DNA of 59,516 nucleotides from assembly GCF_004010195.1 (NCBI RefSeq), contig NC_057719.1:20978138-21037653 (forward strand), in the 5' to 3' direction. Position numbers and translations under genes: made by a program. The notes beneath the pieces were generated by a model. The model saw only the letters and a program-made list of their open reading frames with translations, was not told where the DNA came from and made no database searches. Numbering within the stretch: position 1 is the first letter of the stretch; each line of letters begins with the position of its first letter. This DNA is from Chiloscyllium plagiosum (lineage: Eukaryota). This document shows positions 38,751 through 51,723 of this stretch, in pieces.

Positions 38751-39281
38751 GTAAGTTCAACTATTTTGTCTCTGATATGTTACACTCCCTATTTCACTGC
38801 CACTGCCCCAAGGCTCATACTTTACCACTTTCACTGTTGCCTGCGACATCTTCTTGCAATCACTGTCACTGAGTCCAATCTCAATACTATCTGCCTTCTG
38901 CACAGCCTACCCACCCACTTAGGACATCCTCCCACTTGCATCAAAAGCAACAGCCATGCTTTCCACTTTCAACTCTTTTAATGTTCCCTCGTTCCATAGG
39001 AAAAGTGCCCATAATGGATCAAAATAATCAAAATAGGTGGTGAGCTGCCTGACACTCAACTCTTCACCCGAAATAAGGGTGGATCCTGTCTCCAACTGCC
39101 TCAAGAGGGGTGTCCAATAGCCTAGACTTTTATTGGAAGCTGCCTTTGACTTATGCTGCTGGAACGCCTTGAACAAAGGCCAATTCCCTTGACTTAACTG
39201 GGGACTGCTGACAACCATGATGCACTTTCTGACTTGCTATATGCACTAAAGTGGGCAGCAGTATAAAACTACTGTCATTCC

Positions 39282-40462
39282 GGAATAGAGTGGCGCTGGA
39301 AAAGCACAGCAGTTAAGGCAGCATCAGGCAGGAAAATCGACGTTTTGGGCAAAAGCCCTTCATCAGGAATACAGGCAGAGTGCCAGAAGAGTGGAGAGAT
39401 AAATGAGAGGAGGGTGGGGGTGGGGAGAAAGTAGCATAGGGTACAAGAGGTATGTGNNNNNNNNNNNNNNNNNNNNNNNNNNNNNNNNNNNNNNNNNNNN
39501 NNNNNNNNNNNNNNNNNNNNNNNNNNNNNNNNNNNNNNNNNNNNNNNNNNNNNNNNNNNNNNNNNNNNNNNNNNNNNNNNNNNNNNNNNNNNNNNNNNNN
39601 NNNNNNNNNNNNNNNNNNNNNNNNNNNNNNNNNNNNNNNNNNNNNNNNNNNNNNNNNNNNNNNNNNNNNNNNNNNNNNNNNNNNNNNNNNNNNNNNNNNN
39701 NNNNNNNNNNNNNNNNNNNNNNNNNNNNNNNNNNNNNNNNNNNNNNNNNNNNNNNNNNNNNNNNNNNNNNNNNNNNNNNNNNNNNNNNNNNNNNNNNNNN
39801 NNNNNNNNNNNNNNNNNNNNNNNNNNNNNNNNNNNNNNNNNNNNNNNNNNNNNNNNNNNNNNNNNNNNNNNNNNNNNNNNNNNNNNNNNNNNNNNNNNNN
39901 NNNNNNNNNNNNNNNNNNNNNNNNNNNNNNNNNNNNNNNNNNNNNNNNNNNNATGTCGGCGGATGGTTTGGTTTATGCGAAGGTTGGTAGGGTGGAAGGT
40001 GAGCACCAGGGGTGTTCTGTCCTTGTTGCGGTTGGAGGGGTTGGGTCTGAGGGCGGAGGTGCGGGATGTGGATGAGATGCGTTGGAGGGCATCTTTAACC
40101 ACGTGGGAGGGGAAATTGCGGTCTCTAAAGAAGGAGGCCATGGTGTTCTATGGTGGAACTGCTCCTCCTGGGAGCAGATACGGCGGAGGCGGAGGAATTG
40201 GGAATACGGGATGGCATTTTTGCAAGAGATAGGGTGGGAAGAGGTGTAATCCAGGTAGCTGTGGGAGTCAGTGGGTTTGTAAAAAATGTCAGTGTCAAGT
40301 CGGTCGTCATTAATGGAGATGGATAGGTCCAGGAAGGGGAGGGAGTTGTCAGAGATGGTCCAGGTAAATTTAAGGTCAGGGTGGAATGTGTTGGTGAAGT
40401 TGATGAATTGCTCAACCTCCTCGTGGGAGCATAAAGTGGCACCAATGCAGTCATCGCTGTCG
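39282..40462 (-). mobile_element. Penelope-like element (family A): RT, N gap, pLTR
   Basis: DDCIGA...HPDLKFT...LPFLDL...YKPTDSHSYLDYTSSHP..CKNAIPYSQFLRLRRICS. The hammerhead at about 39337-39369 has GAAA changed to AAAA. Confidence 0.92.
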
Positions 40463-40658
40463 CGGCCTGGTATTTCTGGCTGAGTGTCATGGTGTATAAA
40501 GACAAGACAAGGATATTGTGAGTGTTCAAGTAAGTTCAATCAACCTGGAGATGCAGCTTGATCAAGCCTGTGAGCTGGGTTTGTGTTCCAAAGCATTAAG
40601 CATCAGCATCATAATGATAATTGCTGGCACTTCCTGAGGTCCAGCATTGAAATGCAGA

Positions 40659-40910
40659 ATAAAAACTGAGAGAATTGTGGATGCTGAAATCAGAAACAAA
40701 AACAGAAGTTGCTGGAAAGATTCAGCAGGTCTGGCAGTATCTGTGAAGAGAAATCAGAATTAATGTTGCGGGTTCCGGTGACCCTGGCTCAGAACTTGTT
40801 TCTCAGTTCTGAGGAAGGATCACCAGGATCCGAAACATTAACTCTGATTTCACTTTTCAGGTGCTGCCAGACCTGCTGAGCATTGCCAGCAACTTCTGTT
40901 GTTGTTTTTG
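40659..40910. mobile_element. Palindromic Penelope family B insertion with opposed hammerheads
   Basis: 13-bp TSD ATTGAAATGCAGA at 40646-40658 and 40911-40923. Inverted halves meet at about 40800. Plus-strand motif AGTT-CTGAGGA-a-GGATC-accag-GATCC-GAAAC-ATT-AACT at 40805-40843. Confidence 0.85.
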
Positions 40911-42045
40911 ATTGAAATGCAGAGGCTCACTGTCAGTGAAAGGGAGATGTACATTGAGTGTTCACAGAGGTTGGCACATGTCAGATGCCAATGGTCGCAG
41001 ACATGAGGTGCATGTGGCCAGTGCTCGGGGAGCACATGCTGTGATGTCAGTGCAGTAGTTCCCACATAAAGGTCGATCGAAGCAAGTGGGGGTTGAATCT
41101 GCCAGGTGCTCATGCTGGATTCCTTCTCAGGTTTCCCTAATATCTCGTCTGACTGGGAAGGTGAGAGACTGAATAGTGTCATTAACAAGCGATAATCAAA
41201 GTCAATTACCAACCTGCTGCTGCCTACACAGAATCTCATTATGCATCTTGTGAACAGCGTTAAGATGGATCGAGATGATCTTGATGCCAAGATGGGCTTC
41301 ACTGTAGTTGTTGCCTGACTCTGCAATACACCTCACCATAGATCCCTGTCAGATTCCATCCCAATAGCTTTATAAGTGATTTAGATTTTATGAATAAAGG
41401 GCACCATTCCCACCTTGCTTTGTCTTTTTGCACCATGATAACGGAAAATATCAAACATAATTAGCTTGCCGATGGATCTTGTGGAAAAAAACATCAGACC
41501 AGATTTTGTGCGGACTAATGATCCAGTTCCTGTGCTGTCATATTCTATGGTTTTTATTTTCCAGCTCATTTAAAGTGCCAGCTCATCTCAATCACATACA
41601 GACATGTTGTCAAACATAGTCTTGCTCATCATTTCTTTCTGTCTTTGAGTTAGAAGTAAATATTGTTTCATATACATCTCAATTTTTACTTTGGAGTATT
41701 CTCCACATCATTTAATTCATTAATTTCCACAATCCACCTCCCATAGGTCATTTACACCATATTTAGTCGATTTAACAAGTTCTGATCTATTCTGTAAGCA
41801 TCGTGCATGGCTACAGGACTAAGGAACATTTACAGAACAAGAAATTACCATTCTAGCTATGTTCTTCACCAGTCCTTCTTTGTTAGAACCATTTACAATA
41901 CGTTTAATATTTCTATATTTTTCTGCATGGACTTATATTTTACACAACATTAAATACTAAACAAGTTACCCATAAAGCATGCAAGGGACTCTCTCAAATA
42001 ATCCCAGTGTAAAAGCGTCCCATGCTTCAACAACAGTATATGAAG

Positions 42046-42137
42046 TCTAGATTAGAGTGGTGCTGGAAAATCACAGCAGCTCAGGCAGCATCCGAGGAGC
42101 AGAAAAATCGATGTATCAGGCAAAAGTCTTTCATCAG
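42046..42137 (-). mobile_element. 92-bp Penelope family A pLTR insert
   Basis: Perfect 15-bp TSD CAACAGTATATGAAG at 42031-42045 and 42138-42152. The insert starts exactly at CTGATGA on the minus strand. Confidence 0.9.
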
Positions 42138-43309
42138 CAACAGTATATGAAGGACATCTCTTTCTTTGTCTCCTTGTTGGTGGTGTTCTCAAATTGATGA
42201 CCCCTCACCAACTGTCTCTGCCCCTACAAAGAATAATATTTCCCAAGAAATACCATAGTTTTAAAACACTGGATTAAATTTTTTTCTTAGTGATCACTGG
42301 TCAGTGAAAATAATTATTGCACCTTAAACATCTTCTTGTTTTTTCACCTCTGACTAACTGAATTCACCTTTTAGGTTTTCAATGAGTATTATGTTCTTTC
42401 TAAAATGACGTATGGAAAATTGCACACAATACATTAATTTTGTGCTCCATGTTCCTGCTAGTTGGCATTCAAAGAAATGCCAAGTAGAACAAGTGACAAT
42501 GGCGAAGACCTTGCATCTTATCAAGAGTTAGTCAGTCGTTTCCTACTGTTATAACTCTGGTGCTTCTCTTTCGGCAATCTCGGCCAGACCTTGAATGATG
42601 ATTTTTCATTCTGTTCAGACTAATAAATAAATACTGAAATAAGCTTTCTGCAATCCTTTTATAGTAATGATGATAGCTTTTGCAGAACAGTGAGGAATTC
42701 AACCCCAATAGACCCCATAAATCAGATACAACCTTCTATTTGTTCCAAAGGACAAATGGATGTTATTGTGCTGTCCTCCTCTAAACAAAGCAAGATTCCT
42801 GGTTTTTCTGCTTTGTACACTTATTTGTTATGTCAATTGTAATTTTCTTTCAGACATATAGTATGAATACACCCAAGATAGGTCTCTAAGATGGATATGT
42901 TAAAAATGTAATGGATTTGAGGAGTCTGAACAATGTGGTTTATGGTACGAAATGTGACTGGATCATGCAGGAAACTCTGAGGCCAATCAGTGTGAATTAT
43001 GACTTGTTAACAGTCTTGTTAACTGCGGGTTTTACCTCATTAAATATACACCATTCTATCATACTGCTCAGTTGTGAGCAGACTGGATGTCCAGAATTTT
43101 CGATACGGAGTTCAAAGTAGGTACTTGGTGATGTTCACTTGCTGTTTGGTCAGAAGGACCTCAAAGTTAGATACCAGCCACCAACATTTCAGGGAACACC
43201 CCATTAATGGGTGAATGCAGTATCAGAGACAGAATGAATGCGAAGTATCCGAAATGAGATGGTAGCACTTATTCTGTCAAAGTGGAGAAGGACATTGATC
43301 TTCTTCCTA

Positions 43310-44640
43310 CTTTAGCGTACCATCGATGGTGAGGAAGTTGTTGGAGATTATAATCAAGGATAGTGTAACTGTCACCTTGAAAAATTTCAGTTAATTAGGT
43401 GAGTTACTATGGATTCATGAAGAGTAAGTCATGCCTGAAAAAACACAAATTTTTTGAAGAGATAATAAAGGTGGTGGATAGAGGTAACTTGATGGATGTT
43501 GTTTACATGGAGTACCATGAGGCTTTTTATAGAGTCCCTCCCAACAGACAGCTAGCTAAGGTGGAAGCCCATGGAATTGAGGGCAAATAACTGACATGAA
43601 TGGGAAATTGGTTGAATAGGAGGTAACAGAGTTGGAATAATGGGTACATATTTAAATTGGTATGACATAAATAGTGGTGTCCCATGGGGATCTGTGTTGG
43701 GGCACAATTATTCATGATATTTATCAACAACTTGGATAATGGCATAAAAAGTCAAACATCCAAATTTGCTGATGACACAAAATTGGGCAGCATTATAGAC
43801 AGTGTAGATGGCAGCATAAAATTGCAACAGGATATTTATAGGTTAGTTGAATGGGCCAAGCTGTGGCAGATGGATTTTAATATAAGTAAGTGTGAGGGTA
43901 CCCATTGCAGACAGGAAAAAAAAGGGATAGCTCAGGGTATTTTTTTAGAAGGCACAAAGATTAATACAGTGGAGGTCCAACAAAATTGGAGGGTTCAGGT
44001 GCTTAACTCTGAGAAATAATACGATCAAATGGAGAGCATAATCACAAAAGCTCATAGAAAATTGGCCTTTATATCTCAAGGGCTGGAGTACAGGGATGCA
44101 AATGCTGCAGTTATATAAAATCCTGGTTAGATCCCACTTCGAGCAGATATGAGCACCACTCCTTGGGAAGAATGTCTTGCCTTGCCGGGATTTCAATGCA
44201 GGTTTACAAGGATAATACCTGGACTTCAGGGGTTCAGTTATAAGGAGAGATTAGACAAATTCGGCCTGTTTTCTTTAGAATTGACAAAGCCAAGGGGTGA
44301 TCTAATCAAGGTCATCATGATATTGACAGGGAGAAACAGGGTAAACAAAGGTAAAATAATTCCATTGGTTAAAGATTCTAGAGCTAGGGGTCTAGTCTAA
44401 GAATTAGTGCAGACCACTTAGGGGAGATGTTAGAAAACACTTCTACATCAAATGACAGTTGATACTAAATCAATTGTTAAATTTAAATCTGAGGTAGTTA
44501 ATTTTTATTAAGCAAGGATATCAAGTGAAATAAGCCCAAGGTAGGTATATGGAGTTAGGTCATAGATTAGCCATGATGTTATTGAATGATGAAGTAGGCT
44601 TGAGGTGCTGAATGGCCCTCTCCTGTTCCTGTGTTCCTAT
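43310..44640 (+). mobile_element. Old CR1 ORF2 3' portion
   Basis: SKFADDTKLG; FTRIIPGLQGFSYKERLDKFGLFSLE. Confidence 0.88.
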
Positions 44641-44810
44641 TGATGTGCTTTCCTGCAGACGGCTGAGACTGCTTCAATCCCCGAGTGATAATCTTGGCTC
44701 AGATTGGCATGGTCTGGTAGAGGCCTCTCTACTAGTCCTGAGGGAAGAGGAGTTCCCACTGGTGTACCACCCCATCCAGCAGATCCAACTGGGCTCTGCC
44801 CTCATAATGG
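44641..44810 (-). pseudogene. Second Myb/SANT-like (Harbinger) relic
   Basis: Minus strand LDLLDGVVHQWELLFPQD**RGLYQTMPI*AKI...AVSAVCRKAHQ, homologous to 38525-38750. Confidence 0.5.
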
Positions 44811-47069
44811 CAGACCGATTTCTCCCTGTCAGCCACGACCAGGGTGAATGTCAGGGACCGTACAGGGCAGACTCAGACCGTAAAAGTACTGGTCTGGGTC
44901 TGCCAACAAATTCTGGGATAGCTGTTGAGTGGTGAGTTGTTCTGAGAATGGCAGGTAGTAAGATGGGTGGAAATCCAATGGGAGAGATGGCATTGGACAG
45001 GGTGGGTTATTAATGAGGCACGTTTGGTAAGATACGGAGTGAAAGTCCACCATGCCTCGCGGTAAGAAACTATCCAAAAAAACTCAACACAATTCAGACT
45101 TAAAACATTCAGCCCTGGGATACTGCTTCAAGAACTGTTTGTATTGGTGTATTTCACCTTCTGTAGGAAGATTTGTGAGGAGGGATTTAAATTCTATCAC
45201 TAGCTGTTTTGATGATGAGCTAAATTAAGACCATAAGCTGTACAAGTAGGCCAGTCAGCCCATTGGGTCTGCTCTGCCTTTCAATGAGATCATTGCTGAT
45301 TTGATAGTTCTTCTTGTCTTTCCCTCCTAATCCTTGATTCCCTTATGGAATAAAAATCTCTCAAATTCATTTCCACTTCAGGGTTTCTCAATTTACACCT
45401 GGTGATGACTAGGAAACAAATTGAACTACTCGGGGCGGGGTGGGGTGGGGGTGGGGGGTTGCAACTATAGTCACTGTTATAACAAACAGAATGGACAGAT
45501 AGGCCAGTGCTTCTCACCTATTCCCAAGTTCTCTCCATAAGAACAACTCACCAGTCAAAGGCAGTAAAGGCCTGATTGAGCTATCACCATCATAACTGTG
45601 TAGGAGGAAGATGGAGAAAAGAGGTCAGTCTGCTTTTATTTGATGTGAAAAGGCACGATGGAAAGGTTACCTTTTTCAGAGGGGAAGAGGGGTGGTGTTG
45701 CACAATGCACAGTGTGGGCTACCCTTCCAAGTTGTTACCTTACTGTTATGGCCCTCTAACATCTGACACCCCCATGCCTCTCATCCTCACATCCAACCTT
45801 ACCAGTCTCGCTAATCTCTCCTACCCAAAATCCTGATCTAACCTGAGAACAGGATCTAAGATGGTTCTTCCCAGGAAGTAGTCAATGCTTATTTCTGGTG
45901 CTGCTAAAATTCAGTTGCCAGATAATTGGCGTGGCTTGCAGCTCTCAAGTTTTCCAGTCACTGACAGGCAGGAGCCCCAATCTCACCAAGTTAAGGCCAT
46001 CTCAAACATATATTACTGATTTTTCTAAGTGGGAGAACATTGCAACACATCACCATTTTAAAGTTCATTATTTTTCATGCGTGCTTGAATTCTTTCTGTG
46101 ATGAACTTAAATTCATTTCTCCTACTAAATACAGGCTTGTCAACAATTATAACTGATCTATCAATATATAACTCATCATAATTCTTCATAACCTTGCAAA
46201 GTTCTATCCATTCACCCTGGACTTGAGTGAAAGAAGATCCAAATTTGCAAATCTTTGTTTAGAACTTCTTCCTCTTTCACTTCCCAATGCATTTCTGTTG
46301 AATTTAGATGCTATCTTTAGTGCATTGCTCAAAGCTGACTGTAGTTGACCAATGACCTTTCAGAATTAACACCTTGCTTTTCATTGCATGGTTACGGGCA
46401 AATAATGAAGTATCCATTTGCATTACAGTTTTGAACTGTGTCTTCAGATCTTCAGTAGTTCTGTTCATCATGTAAAAATGATGAAAAAGTAGATGATCCT
46501 GATCATGATAATACTAATATATTTCCCTATTGATTTGCGCAGAAATATATGACATATCTTGGAGTCATTTCAACCTTATTTGTTTCTCTCACCACATGTA
46601 TAAGATGGGTTGAAGGGCTAACATTGTTGATGATATTTGACAGCTACATGGCCTTGAATGAGTCCTGTGAACATTCCCGTATGCATCGCAGATGGCACAA
46701 TCAAAACTTGGCCTCTGTAGTAGCAGGCAGATAATTTTCCGTATCTGCATTTCTGCGCTGTCTGCTGTAACACTGTATAAGAGATAGAGAGAGTTTTGTT
46801 CTGAGAGTTGGACTTTTCGGACCGGGATCACAAATGGCGCCAGGAACGAACCTAAGCCTCCAGACCAGTGATCAATCGAGGGGTCCCCGAAGGCAGAAAT
46901 GTGTGAGACTTGTTTTTTTCTCCTTTCTTTTCCATTTATCACTCTTATTATTATCATTATTATTACCTAATAAACATCAACATTTTAAGCAAATTCCTGT
47001 TGTCGAATCTTCTCTGAACTACATTTAACCGAATCCAAAAGAACTGTTTGGATAAACACTGTGATCCAA

Positions 47070-47382
47070 GACACGGTGGCACAGTGTTAGCACTGCTGCC
47101 TCACAGCGCCAGAGACCCGGGTTCAATTCCCGCCTCAGGTGACTGACTATGTGGAGTTTGTACGTTCTCCCCGTGTCTGCGTGGGTTTCCTCCGGGTGCT
47201 CCGGTTTCCTCCCACAGTCCAAAAATGTGCAGGTTAGGTGAATTGGCCATACTAAATTGCCTGTAGTGTTAGGTAAGGGGTAAATGTAAATGTAGGAGTA
47301 GGGGTATGGGTGGGTTGCGCTTCGGCGGGTCGGTGTGGACTTGTTGGGCCGAAGGGCTTGTTTCCACACTGTAATGTAATCT
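47070..47382 (+). mobile_element. Young HE1-like SINE
   Basis: CpG-intact head with B box GGTTCAATTCC, tail cacactgtaatgtaatcta. Confidence 0.9.
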
Positions 47383-48072
47383 AAAAAATGACACCATATA
47401 AGGATCCCACTTACAACTTGTATAATTTAGGATTAGACAACGCATGCTTGTTGGGTTATAATTCTGATACTTTTGTTGCAATGCGAAGGATTCCTCCCCA
47501 TAAATCTGAGAACACTGTTTTTTAAAATATTATCTGAAGTGGAAGTCTCATTGAAGAATGTTCTGAAGATTAACTTCAGGCATGGTTGTATACCTTCCTG
47601 ATGGAGAATTTGATTACAAAATCTAAAAATTGAAAACTATCCAACGATGGATCCTTCTTTGTCGGTCATTCACAGAACCTGTTTTATTTTGACATCGAAT
47701 GTCATCTTCCATTGGTCCTGCCATTTCTGCAATATCAGAAGATCATCTTGCAGTTAAATGATATGGTCTGCCTTTTCCTTGATGTTTCAATCCTACATCT
47801 AACTCAGGAATCTTTATGACCACAAAGGACCACAATCAGAGTAGGCTTTACTACTGGGACTGGATGTGGGAAAGCTTCTCAATTCAGAGGCAATTACGGG
47901 CACAGTCACTGAAAGTTACCACTGAGAAAACATGACCTCATAAGAAGTTGGATGCAGCTTTGGATTGTTTGCAAGAAAGATTGTGGAGAATATGTGTGAT
48001 GAACATAAAAGTGAAATGTTCATTTCTCAAGTTTAAAGTATACATGGTTTCCAAAATTTGTTTAGCCAGTTG

Positions 48073-48338
48073 TCATAGAATCCCGATAGTGTGGAAGCAG
48101 GTCATTCAGTCCATCAGGTCCACACCAACTCTCTGAAGAGCATCCCACCCACCCCATCCCTGCACTTCCCATAGCTAATCCACCTAGCCTGCACATCTTT
48201 GGACTGTGGAAAGGAACACATGCAGAGACAGGGAAAAGGTACAAACACTACATAGACAGTAGCTTGAGGCGGGAATCGAACCCAGATCCCTGGAGCTGTA
48301 AGGCAGCAGTGCTAACCACTAAGCCACCGTGCCACCCC
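48073..48338 (-). mobile_element. HE1-like SINE
   Basis: Minus-strand head ggggtggcacggtggcttagtggttagcactgctgcc. Confidence 0.85.
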
Positions 48339-48691
48339 AGTTTGTGTTTTTAATCACTTGTTACAATCACAACCTTAATCAATGAAATCTTGACATGATA
48401 TCCTTTGCGCCTATTTGAATGCTCAAATTGCTCCTTAAATATTATTGGTATCTATGGGGATTGTAGAAATGGCTTTACCATTCTGTTCTGTATTCTATTA
48501 GTGTCTTATGTACCTAAGAAAATATGATCAGAAGAAGTAAACCATACAGACCCTTGAGCCTGCTCTGTCATTCAGTAAGATTTGATATGACTGTTAATTG
48601 TATATTCATTGTGTTTGATTAAATGCAGGGAGTGGGTATTAACTGGGGATTGTCTTGACCTTTTATAAACAGGCAGCTTAAATTTTGTTTT

Positions 48692-48778
48692 GGTTTTGAG
48701 GAAGGGTCGCTGGACCCGAAAAATTAACTCTGATTTCTCTTCACAGATGCTGCACTTTTCCAGCAATTTCTGATTTTG
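48692..48778 (+). mobile_element. Penelope family B pLTR fragment, decayed hammerhead
   Basis: TTGAGGA-a-GGGTC-gctg-GACCC-GAAAAATT-aact. Confidence 0.7.
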
Positions 48779-51117
48779 TGGGCTGAAATTTTATTCTTTG
48801 GTTTGGATGTGCATATTTGTCAACTCTGTAAATATCAATTAATCTACATAAATATTGGTTCCAGTTCGATCCTTCTGGCTTTCTGGAACAGGACAATGAA
48901 AAATCAAAATTTCCATCTCCATGTGGCAAGATAAAGGATTTTCCCAAGAATCAGTTGTACAGTGGACAGAAGTTTTAAATTTCACTTACCATTTTAAATC
49001 TGATCAATGTTCCTGCAAAAAAACAATTTGTTTTAAATTTAATCCTGATCACAACCCTGGAGTTGCTACCCACATGTCAGAATTCATAATAGTAAAAATG
49101 CTGAATGACTTACAATTAAAACAGAGAATTTTACCACCTCATTAATTTGCAATTTGTAGTAGACCAATCTGTACCAATTGCACATAGATGTTTTGACCTT
49201 ATTTCTATCATAACTTCATTTTGTAACTAAAAGAAAATAAATTACATAATAATGACATTGCTAACATTTTGACTGTAAAATATACATGTCGTGAGGGGAA
49301 ACAGTTAATTTTGTATTCTGGTGTAAGTCAAAGCTTTAGTGTTAACAAGCATCTAGTAGAATCATCAAGAGGATCTTAGGGATTAATATGACATCAGAAA
49401 GGAACAGATACTAGGTATTTGATCATGAACTTCTTTTCCTCGCGCATAATCGCACCAAGAAGAATAAAGACCCAATCAAAATTCTAGGAAAGGCAGATGG
49501 AGAGATTATCTGATAATAAAACATAGAAATGTTTAACCCCAGGTTCAAAGTATATGTTGAAATAAAATAAAACCTTCAACAGTTTTTTTTATTTTTCTGA
49601 TCCCTTGCTATTTGACATTGTAAACGATTCCAGCTCAATAATTGCTGCTCCCTTTTAAAACCACTGTCATTACCCATCTCCTGAAGAAATAACATCCATG
49701 TGTTCTCAGACTTTACAAACTCCTGCACCTATCACAAACCTGTCCTCCTCCTCAAGTAATTGCATGTATCATCACCTCCCAATTCTGAACTATCTTTCCA
49801 GTAAGTCTATACAGATCTCCAGTCCAGTCTCAGTGCTGAATTTGTCCAGTTCAATCATGAATTAGATTCTCTGTGCCTGTGACCATGATAAATGTGCTCA
49901 CCTCATTCTCCGATTTCAGACAGTGTTTTTGTGATGACCAGGCTCCATATGCATCCTGACCTGACAACCCCCAGCCCATCCATCTGACACCCGTATAACA
50001 TGAACGCCGAACAATCTGACCCCATCCAATTCAACAACTCTCCTCCCGCCTCCACTGACACCCTTTCCATGCTCCCCTTACTCTTGAGCCTCCCAAAACC
50101 CATGCAACATTGCCCCGAAACCAACCCCTACCAACAGCCTCCAAATATTCCCTAATTGTGCTTGGCCAATGCCACCATCAGCCCATGCCACCTTACTCCC
50201 TTACCCACTCAGTAGCCTAACCATTCATCTACATGACATGCTAGCCCCTTACCCACCCACCTGCCACCCTAACCCTTCCCTCACATACAACCCAACCTTC
50301 CTACCCACCTGACATCCAGAGCATCACAAACCCACTTGGCACCTTACTCCTTTACCCAACCAGTTTCCAAGGTATCTTTTCACTACTTGCCACCAACCTC
50401 CTCAGCCATTATATTATCTTCTCTCCGTGCTTTATCAAAGCGCATTCAACACCTCTAATGACAAAAAACAGCAGCTAGTGTTGAAAAACGTGAGCCAATG
50501 ATGATCCCTGCACTTTACTGGAAGACCCCCAGAATGGGTAAGCCCCACATTTCTCAAGTTGCCCAGTTGGGAAGGCTGGCGAAGAAATGCTGAACCTTGG
50601 GCAAGGCAAGAGAGAAAGAGTGGAGTGCCAATGGACGATGAATGCCATTGTTTAGGAGACTCGACTCTGTACATTATAACTGATAAGGCACATATTGTGT
50701 TTAAATCTGAGAGCACACTGGGATGCTCCTTATACAATAATGATTCAGGTTAGGAACATCTGTTTGTTTAACTCTCAAATAAAGGAATCAAGGAACAATC
50801 CACCTTTATGAATTTGAAACACCGTGCAGAGGCACAATTGTTATGGTGTGAATGGATTTAACTCCTGAACTCTTAAGACGTTTGAAATGAAATTCTGAAA
50901 TTAGATTTAGATTACTGGCATTAACATACAAAGCTGATATCAAAAAGTAGATTATCACAAATTAACAGCAGATTGTGGCTTGGTATTGGGGATTTATGAG
51001 TACCAGATTTGGATTTATCTGGCAAAATAGACCTTTTCTAGTTTTTGTAGCCCAAATATTTGCACATTTTCAACAATATTCCAATTTTGGCAGAGTATTT
51101 TTCTATTGATGTACTTT

Positions 51118-51421
51118 TTAGATTAGATTACAGTGTGGAAACAGGCCCTTCGGGCCAACAAGTCCACACCGACCCGCCGAAGCGAAACCCACCAATACCC
51201 CTACATTTACCCCTTACCTAACACTACGGGCAATTTAGTATGGCCAATTCACCTGACCCTGCACATCTTTGGACTGTGGGAGGAAACCGGAGCACCCGGA
51301 GGAAACCCACGCAGACACGGGGAGAACGTGCAAACTCCACACAGTCAGTCGCCTGAGGCGGGAATTGAACCCGGGTCTCTGGCGCTGTGAGGCGGCAGTG
51401 CTAACTACTGTGCCACCGTGC
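51118..51421 (-). mobile_element. Young HE1-like SINE
   Basis: Near reverse complement of 47070-47382; (TAATC)n tail. Confidence 0.9.
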
Positions 51422-51449
51422 TTTTGTTTCTTTTTTTCACCACACCATA

Positions 51450-51723
51450 CAGTAGAACCTCGATTATCCAAACGAGATGGGCAGGGAGTATCTTGCTTGG
51501 ACAATTGATCGTTTGGATAATTGATCTTATTGTAAATAAGTGTTAATTTATGAGTGCCGTTTATCCGAACATTTTTCAGTTGTCTGGCAATGCCACACCA
51601 TAAACACTCTTAACTGGTAACTGAATGCTGAGTTGCCTAATACCGTTTGTGCAGGACCTTGAGATCTTGTTCGGATAATCTGAAATTTGGATAATTGATG
51701 TTCGGATAATCAAGGTCGTACTG
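51450..51723. mobile_element. Complete 274-bp Tigger/pogo-type MITE
   Basis: TIRs CAGTAGAACCTCGATTATCCAAAC and (reverse complement) CAGTACGACCTTGATTATCCGAAC; TA at 51448-51449 and 51724-51725. Confidence 0.9.

Noticed and set aside
46765..46852. ...CA followed by TGGCGCCAGGAAC, resembling an LTR end plus PBS
   Set aside because: Only about 7 nt match a tRNA 3' end; no second LTR, TSD or gag downstream.
47070..47140. tRNA-like sequences with A/B boxes
   Set aside because: They are SINE heads followed by a core and LINE-derived tail, not tRNA genes.
50655..50748. Plus-strand AG/GT-bounded open stretch (GDSTLYIITDKAHIVFKSESTLGCSLYNNDS)
   Set aside because: Weak splice sites, isolated, no recognisable family; it illustrates the chance rate of exon-like hits.
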